Part shown: in pieces, positions 49,031 through 61,493 of the stretch
How positions within the stretch are numbered: the stretch's first letter is position 1
Layout: every line of letters starts with the position of its first letter
Position numbers and translations under genes: made by a program
From: Lytechinus pictus
Taxonomy: Eukaryota
Reading direction: 5' to 3'
NCBI RefSeq assembly: GCF_037042905.1
Contig: NC_087263.1
Coordinates: 9,550,001 to 9,614,000 of the forward strand
Length of the DNA stretch: 64,000 nt
Notes under the pieces: generated by a model
Seen by the model: the letters and a program-made list of their open reading frames with translations, nothing else
Databases searched by the model: none
Told to the model about the DNA's origin: nothing

Positions 49031-51168
49031 CTCTACAGTGTGAGACATGAATATTTACATAGTATAAAATAAAGTAATTGTAAGAATTACAAACTAGTCT
49101 AAAGGGTAGAAATTACTCATACAACATAAAAATAAAACCAAGGATAATTAAATCAAAGTTAAGCATATGATATTTGTCATAGGCCTATATATTATGAAAA
49201 TTGAAAAATATAATACTTAGTACAATTATATGATATCTTAATTCATTCAGTCCTTTATTTCCAATTTGTATATAATTCCAACAAAACGCATATAAAAAGT
49301 ACAACGAATATGCTATGGAATAGCCACATTTCTCCATATCTCCCTCTCCATCATTTTCTTTGTCAATTAAATTCAGAGGTATTCCCTAATTGTCAATACA
49401 GTTTTCTTCTCAAGTCTCCTTTTAGTAGTACCTTTGTCCCTCTGTTGCTGGGCTAGTGTTATGAGTGTCTTCCAGACGGTGTGTGCGCTTGTTAAAGAAG
49501 ATATCACCATTATTATTAGACCTTGTCTCCAATTAATAACCCATCACTATTATATTGCCTGAGGAATAGCTTCAGTAATAATTTCATCATTCTCATCTGG
49601 TATACTTGACAGTGTGTCGCGTTCCTATGATTATTTGATTGCTTGCCAAGCTGGAAATGCTGTCAGTGTTGATGGCACTCAAGTCAATAGTTAATTTAAT
49701 TTCATTAACCATTTAATTTGATGACAACGGCCAAATTCTATCTATACAGTGTGTCCCAGAAAAAAACAACAACTGTGAATTGACTAGTTTAGTATTTTTC
49801 GTCAGATAATTGTGAATATGATGGAAAACGGTTTCAAAGCCTCATCTGGTGTGTGATATTAGGTGAAGGAAGGTACTTTAAGAAGATACTCTATAAGCTT
49901 TAAATAATATACAGAGGACGCTGCGGATGCTGATAGTGCCTTGCATCCTTTTTACATTTCCTACACCTCCTTTCCGCTATCCTTTTAAACAAGTTCAAAA
50001 TATTATTATTTTACCTTGTACAACAGATGTTCAAACAAAATGCAAGGTCTGTTTCCTTAGTTTTTGATTTTAGGAAATGTCTTTCTAAACATTGACACTC
50101 TTTCCTTCATAGACTCCAAGTTCAGACAGATTATTTCATTGCAGAGGATATGTATTTGCCTGTCATTGAAACATAATCTGCATAGGCCCACACTGCATAG
50201 ATCTGTAAATATCTAGGCCTAAGGATGTTAAAGTGATATTACTACAAAAATATCTAATCAAGAGCCAAATGGAAAGTATAATTTTTAAAAGTAGTATGAC
50301 AGGTTGCTTGGTATTATCGGAACTGATATTGGAAGTTTGGAACCGATTTCTTTTTATTGGCATTTTACAAAACAAATTTACTCATTATACATCCACATGG
50401 CAAATAGCCATCCTCTTCCAGATCGATGAGGCTGTGCTTTCCAAGGGGGTGTAATTCATGCACTCCAGTCCCAATATTTCTCTTGCTGTCAAGTTCAAAC
50501 AGATTTGAAAAATCCTTACCCATTAAGAGGAACAGGTGCTAGAACAAAATAAGGTCATGTGATTCCTTAAATGAGGTCAGGTGATCACTTTGCACTTTTG
50601 TGATGGGTGCAACAGAATGTCTTCCCAGGCAATTGGGAGGTAGAACTCCTTTGTCTTCCTATATAGGCTATAGAATAGGAAAGAAAGTCTGATAGATATT
50701 TGCTCTGTAGAATTTCTATAATATCCCAGTTTATTCATTTTCATTTATTTATCCATCTATTTCCATCAATTTTCAGTAAAAGATAAAGTAACATGATAGA
50801 TTTAAAGATAAAAATAAAGAAGACATCTATAAAAAACAAAATACCTTTATACATGTAGAGAGCTGCAATGATGCTATAGTGCAAGTTAAATATGAATACA
50901 ATGATGTATGATAAATGGAATAAATAATATGTTAATCCTGAACAACATCATATTTACAATGCCACAATAGCAGTATAATAATCATAATATAACGAAACAA
51001 TTAGTTTTAACACTTCTGTTTTTAAAGTGAATGCAATTCAGTACATATGAAAGCATGTGATATATATAGGAGCTTTCCACAAGGAAACAGGTTTTCAACA
51101 AAACATAGTAGCGTATTAAAGAAATACATTTTAAAACTTTTTTTTTAAGAATTGTTAGTGATGTCCTG

Positions 51169-51314
51169 GTTCCTGTTTCATAAAGAGTTACAACTATGAT
51201 ATTTTTGTAATATCCATGGAAAACTCGATTGTGATTGGCTGCTGAGCCCTGTTACCATGTATTTGCCATAATGGCAAAGTTAAAACAGTTGATGGTCCTA
51301 TATGAAACCGACCC
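51169..51314. mobile_element. Short decayed MITE (PIF/Harbinger-like) with a possible CTG TSD
   Basis: CTG|gttcctgtttcataaag ... ctatatgaaaccgaccc|CTG. Confidence 0.55.
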
Positions 51315-52544
51315 CTGGTCCATTAATGATGGTTCAAGACAAGTGATAAAGTCAAGATCTTCTGATGATTTGTTTTTGCATGCCTTTCACCTGGAAGCCA
51401 GCAAGGATAGTCTCTTCCCCCTTTAAAGGTCATTGATCTTTGTGCAAACATAGCTACCTTGCAAGTCATTTTCACAGCATACACTTTAGGCTATAACTTA
51501 AAGGGGAAAATATGTTGCCATGGAAACACTGAGTATGGTAAACATTTTACTCTGGGTTGTAGAACTTGTGCTTGGAGTAAGAATGGTGATAACATTGCAA
51601 TTGGCAATCATTCTTGTCTGTCAGAATTTATTCTCCACCATAAGTATGGTAGATTAGTATGATGGATATCTGACTCTATGATGCTATATTCTCCACTGAG
51701 TGTGGCAATTATGAATTATCGCCTTGCCAAAGGACATTATCATTTGTGATATGGCAGTTTGAGCCCCCAACCTTTTAGATCAGTGCTGGAACACCTATCC
51801 ACTCGACCACTGCACTCCTGATTCTTAATGTTTTTGGCAAGAGTCGGGCATGTTCACACTACACATTCATTCATGTTTCACACTGTGTTTCTCTATTTTG
51901 TACCATTAATGTCCTCAACAATATAGTCCTCAGAATATAGCTGTAAATATGAACATGAATCATGTTGAAGCAATCAGGATCTTTGCCAAAGGTTAAAGGA
52001 TGTAAATGGCGCCATTCCAGTTTGAAATCATAAACAAAGAAGCTCTGTTTTCTGTCGAGAGTTAAATATAGTCCTTGGCAACTTGGTGTTCTGATGTAGT
52101 GTTTAATTAGTTTCAATATCTTCATCTGTAATAAATAAAACAAGCGTCTTTTCATCACTAATCTCGGCATTTTATCACAAACACAAGGCAGTGGGGCTGT
52201 GGGAAAGTTGCAATATGGTTTTCTGCAAACAGTCTTTGTTGCATCTTTTCGGCAGCCCCATTTTGTCAACTGTGATGAAATGTGGAAATTAGCGATGAAA
52301 AGACGCTTGCAAGATTCCAGCGGCAAAAAATGTAGCTCTCTGACTTTGGGTAAAAATTCACCTTAGTTCTGTATTATCATCCCATGAGGTGTAGAGGCAA
52401 TTGTGTTAACAATCCCAGTTTGATTTTTTGTTTAGTTTCTTCTCATTTGTCATTCTAAACATAATAGAACAAAAATTAAAAAAATTAAAAAAGCAGAAGT
52501 ATGCAACAATATACCAATTAACAAAATTAACTCTTGCTACTTAA

Positions 52545-53148
52545 AGGTCAAGTCCACTCCCGAAAATTGTTGATTTGAATCGATAGAGAAAAATCAAAGA
52601 AACATAACGCTGCAAATTTCATCGAAATCGGATGTAAAATAAGAAAGTTATGACATTTTAAAGTTTCGCTTATTTTTCACAAAACAGTTCAATGCGCAAC
52701 TCAGCGATATGCAAATGAGAGAGTCGATGATGTCCATCACTCACTATTTCTTTTGTTTTTTATTGTTTGAATGATACAATATTTCAATTTTTACAGATTT
52801 GACAATAAGGACCAACTTAACTTAACCATAAACTGTTAAAATAATGGTAATTGCACATGTTCAGGGAGAAATAAAACTTTGTTTCACTTGACAAGGAGGA
52901 GAAAATTAGAATATTTCATATTTCATATAATAAAATACAAAAGAAATAGTGAGTGGGTGACGTCATCAGTCTGCCAATTTGCACACCGACCAGGATGTGC
53001 ATATAACTGTTTTGTGAAATTAAGTGAAACTTTAAAATGTCATAACTTTCTTATTTTACATCTGATTTTGATGAAATTTTCAGTTTTTTGCTTGTTGGAG
53101 TTTTCTCCTTTTTTTCAAATCAATTTTTTGTTGGGGTGGACTTGTCCT
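52545..53148. mobile_element. Full-length 604-bp MITE, TTAA TSD, AGG...CCT ends (Kolobok/T2-like)
   Basis: TTAA|AGGTCAAGTCCAC ... GTGGACTTGTCCT|TTAA with long imperfect TIRs. Four family members occur in the window. Confidence 0.88.
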
Positions 53149-54463
53149 TTAAGGAACTTAGATTTTATGGTAAATAACTTAATACATGAATTAAATGTCT
53201 TGGAAACGATCTTCATTTCATATTCATAGTGTTAGTGATGAAACAATTAAATTTAGTTGGAAATTGTTGAATTCTTTCTCAATAGTATTACATTAAATCA
53301 GAGAAACAGAAATATGGATAGATTCATATCAATAAAAATAAATCATTTTGTTTTCTCTCTCAGTTCAGCGTCAAATATTTGCACACACTGCCAGTAATCC
53401 ACTCAAGCTGCTGGATTACATTCTAGGGTCAAAGGTCAAGAGCTGATTTGAACTCTGACACATGACCCATGACCCCGAGCTTCTGTAGAAATACCTTGGA
53501 TGTTTGCAGTGCAAGAACTGTGTCATAGACTCCATAGTTATGTTGATTATGGAGCGTACCACATGTTTTGTGCTTGCGATTATTAATGTTGTTGAACGAA
53601 TTTGCAATTTGTTGCATTTATTAGGTATATTAGTGTTCTTTAGACTATGAGATAATGAGCTCATAACTGATAGTTGTCACTATCGTGTGAGCAAGAACTT
53701 GTATGACATGATGGGACAAAACTCAAAAACTTTGTTGATGTCTTGATTTTTCAAGCTGATGTCCTACCAAGGATATACAGAAAAAAGTCATAACATTTAG
53801 AGAATAAAGATTATACATGTATTCTCTGGGCTTACTGTCAAAACATGTTACTCATCACCCATATGAAATGTAACATTCTTAGAAAATACACAAAATGCCA
53901 ATTTGGCAAGGTCATTGTGGAATACATCACATATTAGATTATGTCAGTGGCATTTATTACATTTATTGAATTTTACTTTGTCAAGTCCTTATCAGTCAGC
54001 AACATGCCACACTGTACTAGCAGACAAAGTTAATAAATTTGCAACATCCAATTGAATAAAATCGAATTTTGTCATTGCCAAGTGTGTAGGCGAATAAAGC
54101 TTCTCAACTTTGTTGTTGTGGATGCGACATTATGATTAAATGTGCACACCAAGACCTCACAACATGATAATAAAAATAAAGGGTATTTTTGTAGTGATTT
54201 ATGTCATGGACCTATTGCATGGGTCCATGTTTCTATCTAGAAATATTATATTCTGTGGTCTACGAGAAAAATAGAAATAAATATATATGGATGAGCACCA
54301 TAGTGCCAAGAAATGATGTTAGAAGAGATAAGACTCAGTTCAGATTTGAAAATCTGTAGTGATGATACATGTATAATTTTCTAAGATCCACTGGCAAATT
54401 ATTTCAATTCATTATGATTTCAATAGTAAATCTCTGTGTTTTCTCTCTTATATCTTTTCACAG

Positions 54464-55490
54464 GCTGACTTCTGTCATTTACGGCAATCCCTTCTGCTAC
54501 AAGCGACTCTAGGGGGCGCTCTTCTTGGCTTACGTTTCTACGCAACAGGCCTGCAGCCACCAATTTTCGCTCCTGCCGATAACCCAGCATCTGTTTCACC
54601 AAGTTTTCTTACAAGAACTTTGACCTTCCTGTATCTCCCATCATACAATGCGTGGATGCTGATGTACCCAAAATCCCTGAGCTTTGATTGGTCGATGGAG
54701 TCCATACCACTCATACAAACGATAACAGATTTGCGAAATTTATGGAGCATGGACCTGTATGTGACATTGGCGATGCTGGGATACCTTTGTTTTAAAGAAC
54801 TAGATAATCTCCATGAATTGACTTCACAAAGTAATGGGAGATTAAAAAATGTGCCTTGTAAAAATGACACTGGTGGGTCAGGAAGCTTTAAATATCTTGA
54901 ACACACGTCTTTGTGCAATGGTTTTACGCAAAAGAGCAACGGGAAAGAGACAAAGTCGTTACGCAATGGCCATGCAAAGAAAAGTCCAGTACCAGCCAAA
55001 AAAGAGAACAATAATTCCTACCAACGCAGCAATGGTTGCGATATTATTCGGAAGCGGCACTCGCGGCATTGTTCGTGTAGTCCCGAGCGATGCGGCCGTC
55101 GCTTCTCCAGAAGTAGTAGTTGTAGTAGTAGTGGGTCGGTGAGCTACTCGGAGGATGACATCGTTGAGCGCACGCGACTTCTCAACGTCGTCATTGTCGC
55201 TACCTCGTTCCTCATCTTTCCCTTCCTTCCTGCGACGAACGCTTTCTGCTACGTCGGTTTCGTCATCGCAGAGCGTATCCTCTACATACCGAGCATTGGC
55301 TTCTGCTTGCTGTTGGCAGAGGGCGCCTGTCAGATCTGGCAGAGGTTTTCCGGCTGGGGACGAAAGGTCCTTATTGCGTTGGTCGTGGTGCAGTTGTGTC
55401 TCTTCAGTGTTAAAACTGTTCTCCGGAACCAGGAATGGCAGACCGAAGAAGTACTCTATAAGGCAGGCATTGAGGTCAATCCACCAAAAG
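54464..55490 (+). CDS. TMTC2: TMTC2 coding exon B: remaining TM region, large loop, start of the TPR region
   Basis: Acceptor tcttttcacAG at 54462-63, donor GTAAAC at 55491. Phase-0 join to exon A. Encodes PPIFAPADNPAS...RTLTFLYLP...LSFDWSM...PFLPATN...VGFVIAERILYIPSIGFCLL...RNQEWQTEEVLYKAGIEVNPPK. Confidence 0.93.
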
Positions 55491-56370
55491 GTAAACCAAA
55501 CTTTCAATTCATTCAAGTCTGAAATCAATTATAATCAACGTCAATATTCTTTAAAAAAACAAAAAAATTTTGATGCTGTCGTTTGACTCCAGTCCAAAAT
55601 CAACTTCACGGTCTGAGCCCCATAACACAAAGGTCCTTGTCTTTTCTATAAAAAAAATTGGATTGGATACTTGCCTTATGAAATAAGCTATCATGATCGT
55701 TGCATGCTCATTTTGCTGAGTAGACAGACTTGGAACCAATCAGAATTGTTCTTAATTAGCGATTAATCACTAACCCTGATGTTATACCAAGGTGGTTCGT
55801 TAAACTAAATTAGATAAAATGTTGAACAAATTGAAGATTTGGATAAAGTTGGAAGAAAAGGAGGCAAAAAGCAAAAGAGAGAGAATGGTGAAAATTGTAT
55901 TATCAGGAGAATAAAACATACAGGGGTGTATAGATATTTTTTTTTTTATAAAAAGGAGGCAGTCATTATCAATACTGAGCCCAATAGAAGGGGGGAAATA
56001 AGAGAAAAGTTGTATCCAGTTTTCAGGAATGCATACAACTTTGAAAAAGGGATATATTTGTATGCTCTGTCATTTTCTAATAATGTTCAGTTTGATTTGA
56101 AAATGTTGAAGTAAATCTTTGCATTATTATTATTGTGTGTGATTAAGCACAAAAATCCTTATTAAAAAAATAAAATGAAGTTGTGGAAGAGTTGAAAGAC
56201 TTTGTGTTGATTCACCCCCTGTTACATCAAATTCTGCTACATTATGCTGCAACTCAACACAAGGTGGAGCTATTGCACTAATGTTTAATTTTACTCACTG
56301 AGGTCAGTGATTTTACTGCAAAGTTACCATCTCTTTCTTGAATTTAAAACAAACTCTCATTTTCGCTCAG

Positions 56371-56485
56371 CTCTAGGAAACTTGGCCAATATCTATAAGA
56401 CAGCAGGCCGGATACAAGAGGCTGAAGAGGCTTACCGGAGGGCCCTGACATATCGCCGGAACATGGCAGATGTACACTATAACCT
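56371..56485 (+). CDS. TMTC2: TMTC2 coding exon C (TPR)
   Basis: cgctcAG acceptor, GTAAGT donor. Encodes (A)LGNLANIYKTAGRIQEAEEAYRRALTYRRNMADVHYN(L). Phases 1/2 fit the neighbouring exons. Confidence 0.92.
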
Positions 56486-56924
56486 GTAAGTTGTATAAAA
56501 GGTTACCATTTTGTATAATTACTTAATGAACAAAATTTGAGGCAGTGGTGGGATATGTATAAACTCAATAAATAAATAATTATGCACTTCCTACAGGGCG
56601 TCCCAGAAAAAAGGGAAACTGGGAAATAAACCCTACTATAACCTGTAAGCCATGTTGTAAGTCACCATTTGACACATTGTATAATTGCTTCATGAAAAAA
56701 TTGTTTTATGGTTGCATCATAGTGTCTCTGTTTCTATGAAAAGTGTAGACCATCTTTCATCTGTAACAAGTTGTCCTTTATATATTTTGGTCAACAAAAG
56801 ATAACCATGTATAGGAATCTTTTGAAGTATTATGGATAATTAATATTCATATATTTATAATTGATTGGCAATAACAATTGTAGGTAATCTCATTCTTTGA
56901 ATATTGTTTTTCTTCTTTACACAG

Positions 56925-57010
56925 AGGTGTGTTACTCCAAGAAATTGGTAGATTTGAAGAAGCCATCGAATGTTACCAACTTGCCATTAAATGTCGCCCT
57001 CGTATGTCAA
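56925..57010 (+). CDS. TMTC2: TMTC2 coding exon D (TPR)
   Basis: ctttacacAG acceptor, GTAAGT donor. Encodes GVLLQEIGRFEEAIECYQLAIKCRPRMS. Phases 2/1. Not in the ORF track; translated by hand. Confidence 0.9.
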
Positions 57011-57565
57011 GTAAGTGGGCTTCTGCAGGCTTTCTGCATTCAATAATGAGAAACATATATCCAGCCTAAACACAAATTTCACCAATCGAGTTAATTAGTA
57101 TGATTTTCTAATCAAAATGATAATAATACTTTAATTGTATACTATTTGTTGTAAGGTCTAACAATTTACATTTTTAGTTAAGTCTGTTTCGTCAACAGCC
57201 TTGCAAGGCACTTACATTGTTTTCTCATTCTAAAAGGTAATATAAGATTGCAGGTCAAGATTTTAATTTATGAAAGTCCACATTTTCTTGCTTAAAAAAA
57301 AGAGGATGCTTGTCATCTTGCCCTCATCAAGTAAAACCTAAGAATGATCAGAGTGGCACAATAAAACAATGTCAAAGATGCTAAAGGAAAAAAAAACAAG
57401 AAAGATGCGGAAATAACTTTTTATCTCAGGAAAGCAATTTTTTCAAACTGCATTATTTCATTCATTGTGAATTCTTTTACATTTTATTCTGACAGTTCAT
57501 TTGTTTATATTTCAAAATTGGTATTAAAAAAAAAATTATTTGTGTTTTCTTATCCTTAAACCTAG

Positions 57566-57750
57566 TGGCCCACCTCAATCTGGGGATCGCCTTAACGACA
57601 GTAGGACGTAACGTAGAAGCAGAGGCTGTGTACAGACAAGCTGCTACCTTAGACGATGCTGGGCTTAAGGACCCTCGGGGCCAGATGCATGGCATCGTCT
57701 CTTCTCTCTTCAATCTGGGAAGACTTCTTCAAGAGGCAAATAGACACGAG
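57566..57750 (+). CDS. TMTC2: TMTC2 coding exon E (TPR)
   Basis: cctAG acceptor, GTAAGG donor. Encodes AHLNLGIALTTVGR...LKDPRGQMHGIVSSLFNLGRLLQEANRHE; the LKDP...S.L.NLG.L pattern resembles TMTC2 as recalled. Phases 1/0. Confidence 0.92.
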
Positions 57751-57824
57751 GTAAGGAACGGAAGTAGTGATTGTTGGTGAGGTTTGACTCTGTGATTGAT
57801 TTGTAGTGGTATGGTAATTATAGA

Positions 57825-58270
57825 ATGATGTTGGTGATAATTATGATGACGATGATGATGATGGTAGTTGTGATGATGATGATGATGATAATGGTGATGA
57901 TGGTGATGATGGTGATGATGATAATGATGGTGATGATGATGATAATGATGGTAGTTGTATTGATGATGACGATGGTGGTGGTAATGATGGTGATGGTGAT
58001 GATGATGATGATGATGATGGTGGTGATGGTGATGGTGATGATGATGATGATAATGATGATGATGGTGATGATGATGATGATAATGATGATGATGGTGATG
58101 ATGATAATGATGATGATGATGATGATAATGATGATGATAATGATGATGATGGTGATGATGATAATGATGATGATGATGATGATGATGATAATGGTGATGA
58201 TGATGATGATGACGATGATGCCGACGATGGTGATGATAATAATTATGGTAGTAGTGATGATGATGACAGT
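57825..58270. repeat. (GAT)n microsatellite in a TMTC2 intron
   Basis: Direct reading; produces the poly-Met and poly-Ile pseudo-ORFs. Confidence 0.97.
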
Positions 58271-58466
58271 CAAGTAATTTTGATAGCCTTGATTGTAGAT
58301 GGAATATTAATAATGATGACGATAATTAAAAAATTAAGATTTACCACCTTTTCTGATTTAAAAAACAGATGTTTATTAACAGGCAATCATATATTACCTA
58401 GAATTGTACCAATATATTCCACCTTACCGTTTTATCATCTTTTCTTGTCCTTTTTGTTTTTTCTAG

Positions 58467-58545
58467 GATGCTTTAATTGTATTAGAGGATGCACTGAAGA
58501 GGAGACCCGACTTCTATCCTCAACAAAGCCTACACAACATGCTTG
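58467..58545 (+). CDS. TMTC2: TMTC2 coding exon F (TPR)
   Basis: ttttttctAG acceptor, GTAAAA donor. Encodes DALIVLEDALKRRPDFYPQQSLHNML(G). Phases 0/1. Confidence 0.88.
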
Positions 58546-59568
58546 GTAAAACACAATTTATTCATACCTTGTAGAAGGTCCCGTCACACCTTGACATTAT
58601 TTTTAGTCTGTGTGTGTATGTTGCTGTATGTATGGCAAGCCATTTTTAAATTTTATCATTTTTTTAATCAAAAGTTGCCTTTTTTGTGCTAGTAAGACAA
58701 TAATTTCTTGATATTCAGAATCAATTTTTGCTTACAACACAAAATGATTTCTTGATGTTAAGAATTTGATTTCCTATATTATTTGTGTTGTTAATAAAAA
58801 GGGATTATTGATATCAAGTATGGAATGCTGAATATAAAGAAATAGGATTGGATGATAAAGTGGCTTGCCATACGTACGTGGGCACTTACTGGCTAAAACA
58901 TTTAGGTGTGATACCCCCTTTAACCCCACTGTAATAGTTTTCTGAAAATGGATAGTTTGGTATTAAGTAAGATTAACTGAATCATGTACCATATCTCTTA
59001 TTCAAATTATATTTTTTCATCATAATGATGACTAAAATTGCTATTATATTACTATCTTGGTTTAATGGTTAGCATGTTTTTGCTGTCATTGAATATCCAA
59101 AAGTTATGTAGCCAAAATAACTCTGATAATACTCCAAACACACATTGCACATATATATCAGTGAGTTGCACTACAGTGTCTGCGATATGTTCTGCAATTA
59201 GATTTTTACAATTGCGTGTACTTTATGTATTTTCTTTCTAAAATCAAGAAGTAGTTGCACTATGCCCATCTCCTTAGCTTTCTCTCTCTTTCCTTTCTCT
59301 TTTTCTCTTAACTCTTTATCCTTCTCTTCTCTCTCCTTTTTCTCGCTGTCCTTAAATTGTCTTTTCTTGTTTTTTCCTCTTTCTTTCTCACCCTTTTTTC
59401 TCCCTCTCTTTCATTCTTACATGTCTCATATGATCTCACCTTCTTAATCCTTCTCTTCTCTCTCCTTGTTTTCGCTTTCCTTATTTTCTTTTTTTCCCCT
59501 TCTCTCTCTCTTTCTCCCTTTCTTTCATTCTTACATGTCTCATACGATCTCACCTTCTTCCTTTCTAG

Positions 59569-59690
59569 GTGAAACACAACACAAACTTGGCAACATTCTG
59601 GAGGCAGAGAGGTATTTCAAGGCATCCCTTCGCAGCAAACCAGACCATGTGCCCGCCCACCTGACCTACGCAAACCTTCTGGGAAAAACG
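59569..59690 (+). CDS. TMTC2: TMTC2 coding exon G (TPR)
   Basis: ctttctAG acceptor, GTAAGT donor. Encodes (G)ETQHKLGNILEAERYFKASLRSKPDHVPAHLTYANLLGKT. Phases 1/0. Confidence 0.92.
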
Positions 59691-60135
59691 GTAAGTAGGA
59701 ATGGAGAGACCCGTACATTGTCATTTTTACAAATAAATCTGTCTTTCTGTATGTCAGACTCATCAAATTTTTCATGTTTTTTTGGTAATTGATGATCGGT
59801 CTAATCTAGCTTCATCTACTTTTCATTTCTTCTCATCCGACTTCTAATCCTAGTTCATCGACAAGTTCATTGACTAACCATTTGGTCTAATTCCCAGTTG
59901 GGCTATATGCATTTAATTTTATATCAACTTTATTTTAAAAAGAAAATTATCATTGCTTTGGAAATGAACAAAGGATTAATTCTTTATTAAGATATGTTAA
60001 TTCTCTTCAAGAAATGTATCCCAGAATGTATCCTAATTAACACTAGTATTTAGCTCCCCCACTTTTTTATGTTTAGTCTCGGTTTTAAATGAATGCTATT
60101 TTAAATAAAATGATGATTTTTTTTTCTTGTCATAG

Positions 60136-60217
60136 GATCGAGCTGTAGAAGCGGAACGTCTACTTGAGCGAGCAGTGACACTGGAACCAGAAAATGCAAA
60201 TGTGTTTCGACATTTTG
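60136..60217 (+). CDS. TMTC2: TMTC2 coding exon H (TPR)
   Basis: cttgtcatAG acceptor, GTAAGA donor. Encodes DRAVEAERLLERAVTLEPENANVFRHF(G). Phases 0/1. Confidence 0.88.
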
Positions 60218-60250
60218 GTAAGAACCAAGCGATTAGAAAGGGGGGGGGGG

Positions 60251-61060
60251 TGATGATGATAAGAATGATTGCATGATGATGATGATGATAATGACAGTGA
60301 TGATGATGGTGGTGATGATGATGATGGTGATGATGATGATGATGATGGTGATGGTGATGATGATGATGATGATGATGGTGATGGTGATGATGATGGTGAT
60401 GATGATGATATGATAATGATGATGATGATGGTGATGATGGTGATGATGATGATATGATAATGATGATGAGAATGATGATGAGAATGGTATTGATGGTATT
60501 GAGGATAGTGTGATGATGATGTTGATGTCGATGATGATATTAATGATGATGATGATAGTGATGATGGTGATGATGATGATGATGATGATAGTGATGATGG
60601 TGATGATGATGATGGTGATGATGATGATGGTGATGGTTATGATGGTGATGATGATGATGGTGATGGTGATGATGATATGATAATGATGATGAGAATGATG
60701 AAGAAAATGATGACGAGAATGGTAGTGATGGTATTGAGGATAGTGTGATGATGATGATGTCGATGGTGATGATGATAATGATGATGATGATGGTGATGAT
60801 GATGGTGGTGATGATGATGATGGTGATGGTGATGTCGATGGTGATGATGATAATGATGATGATTATGGTGATGATGGAGAAGATGATGAAGACGATGGTG
60901 ATGGTGATGTTGATGATGGTGATGATGAAGATGATGGTGATGATGATGGCGATGGTGATGATGATGATGATGATGAGAATAGTATTGATGGTATTGAGGA
61001 TAGTGTGATGATTATGTTGATGATGATGAAGATGATGGTGATGGGGATGATGATAGTGGA
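60251..61060. repeat. (GAT)n microsatellite with higher-order repeats
   Basis: Direct reading. The landmark gatggtattgaggatagtgtgatgat occurs three times. Confidence 0.97.
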
Positions 61061-61280
61061 GATTATAATGTTAATGCGCCTTGAGCACTCTACAGAGTGG
61101 ATTTGGCGCTTAACAGGTCACATTATTATTATTATTAATGGATGGTGATGAAAAGTATGATGACAAATTAAGTGCTTCGTGTGCTTTTCAGTTGAAATTG
61201 AAAAATGTAACATTTGTGGTAATCTGTAAATCAGATCACAGAGGTTAATAGATCTTTCATCATTATTTCACTTTTCTCAG

Positions 61281-61459
61281 GACAATTTTGGCACGATCAG
61301 GGCGATTACAAGAAAGCCTCTCAATTCTACCACAATGCTCTTACTCTTCAACCGAATGACTTTGAGATAACCTTCAATCTTGCCAACTCACTCCGACAAG
61401 CCAAAGATAACGAAGAGGCAGAAGTTTACTACAGGGAGGCTGTCAACTTGAAACCTGAT
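61281..61459 (+). CDS. TMTC2: TMTC2 coding exon I (TPR)
   Basis: cttttctcAG acceptor, GTGAGT donor. Encodes (G)QFWHDQGDYKKASQFYHNALTLQPNDFEITFNLANSLRQAKDNEEAEVYYREAVNLKPD. Phases 1/0. Confidence 0.9.
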
Positions 61460-61493
61460 GTGAGTCTAGGCATTTAAACCTTGATGATCTTAA

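Noticed and set aside
53340..53664. Possible LINE RT fragment on the minus strand
   Set aside because: Only a vague, frameshifted resemblance that cannot be supported without a search.
54959..55586. Antisense and alternative-frame ORFs over TMTC2 exon B
   Set aside because: Shadows of the real exon with no independent support.
57818..58277. 150-aa poly-Met and poly-Ile ORFs, and similar ORFs at 60269-61008
   Set aside because: They are translations of (GAT)n microsatellites inside TMTC2 introns.
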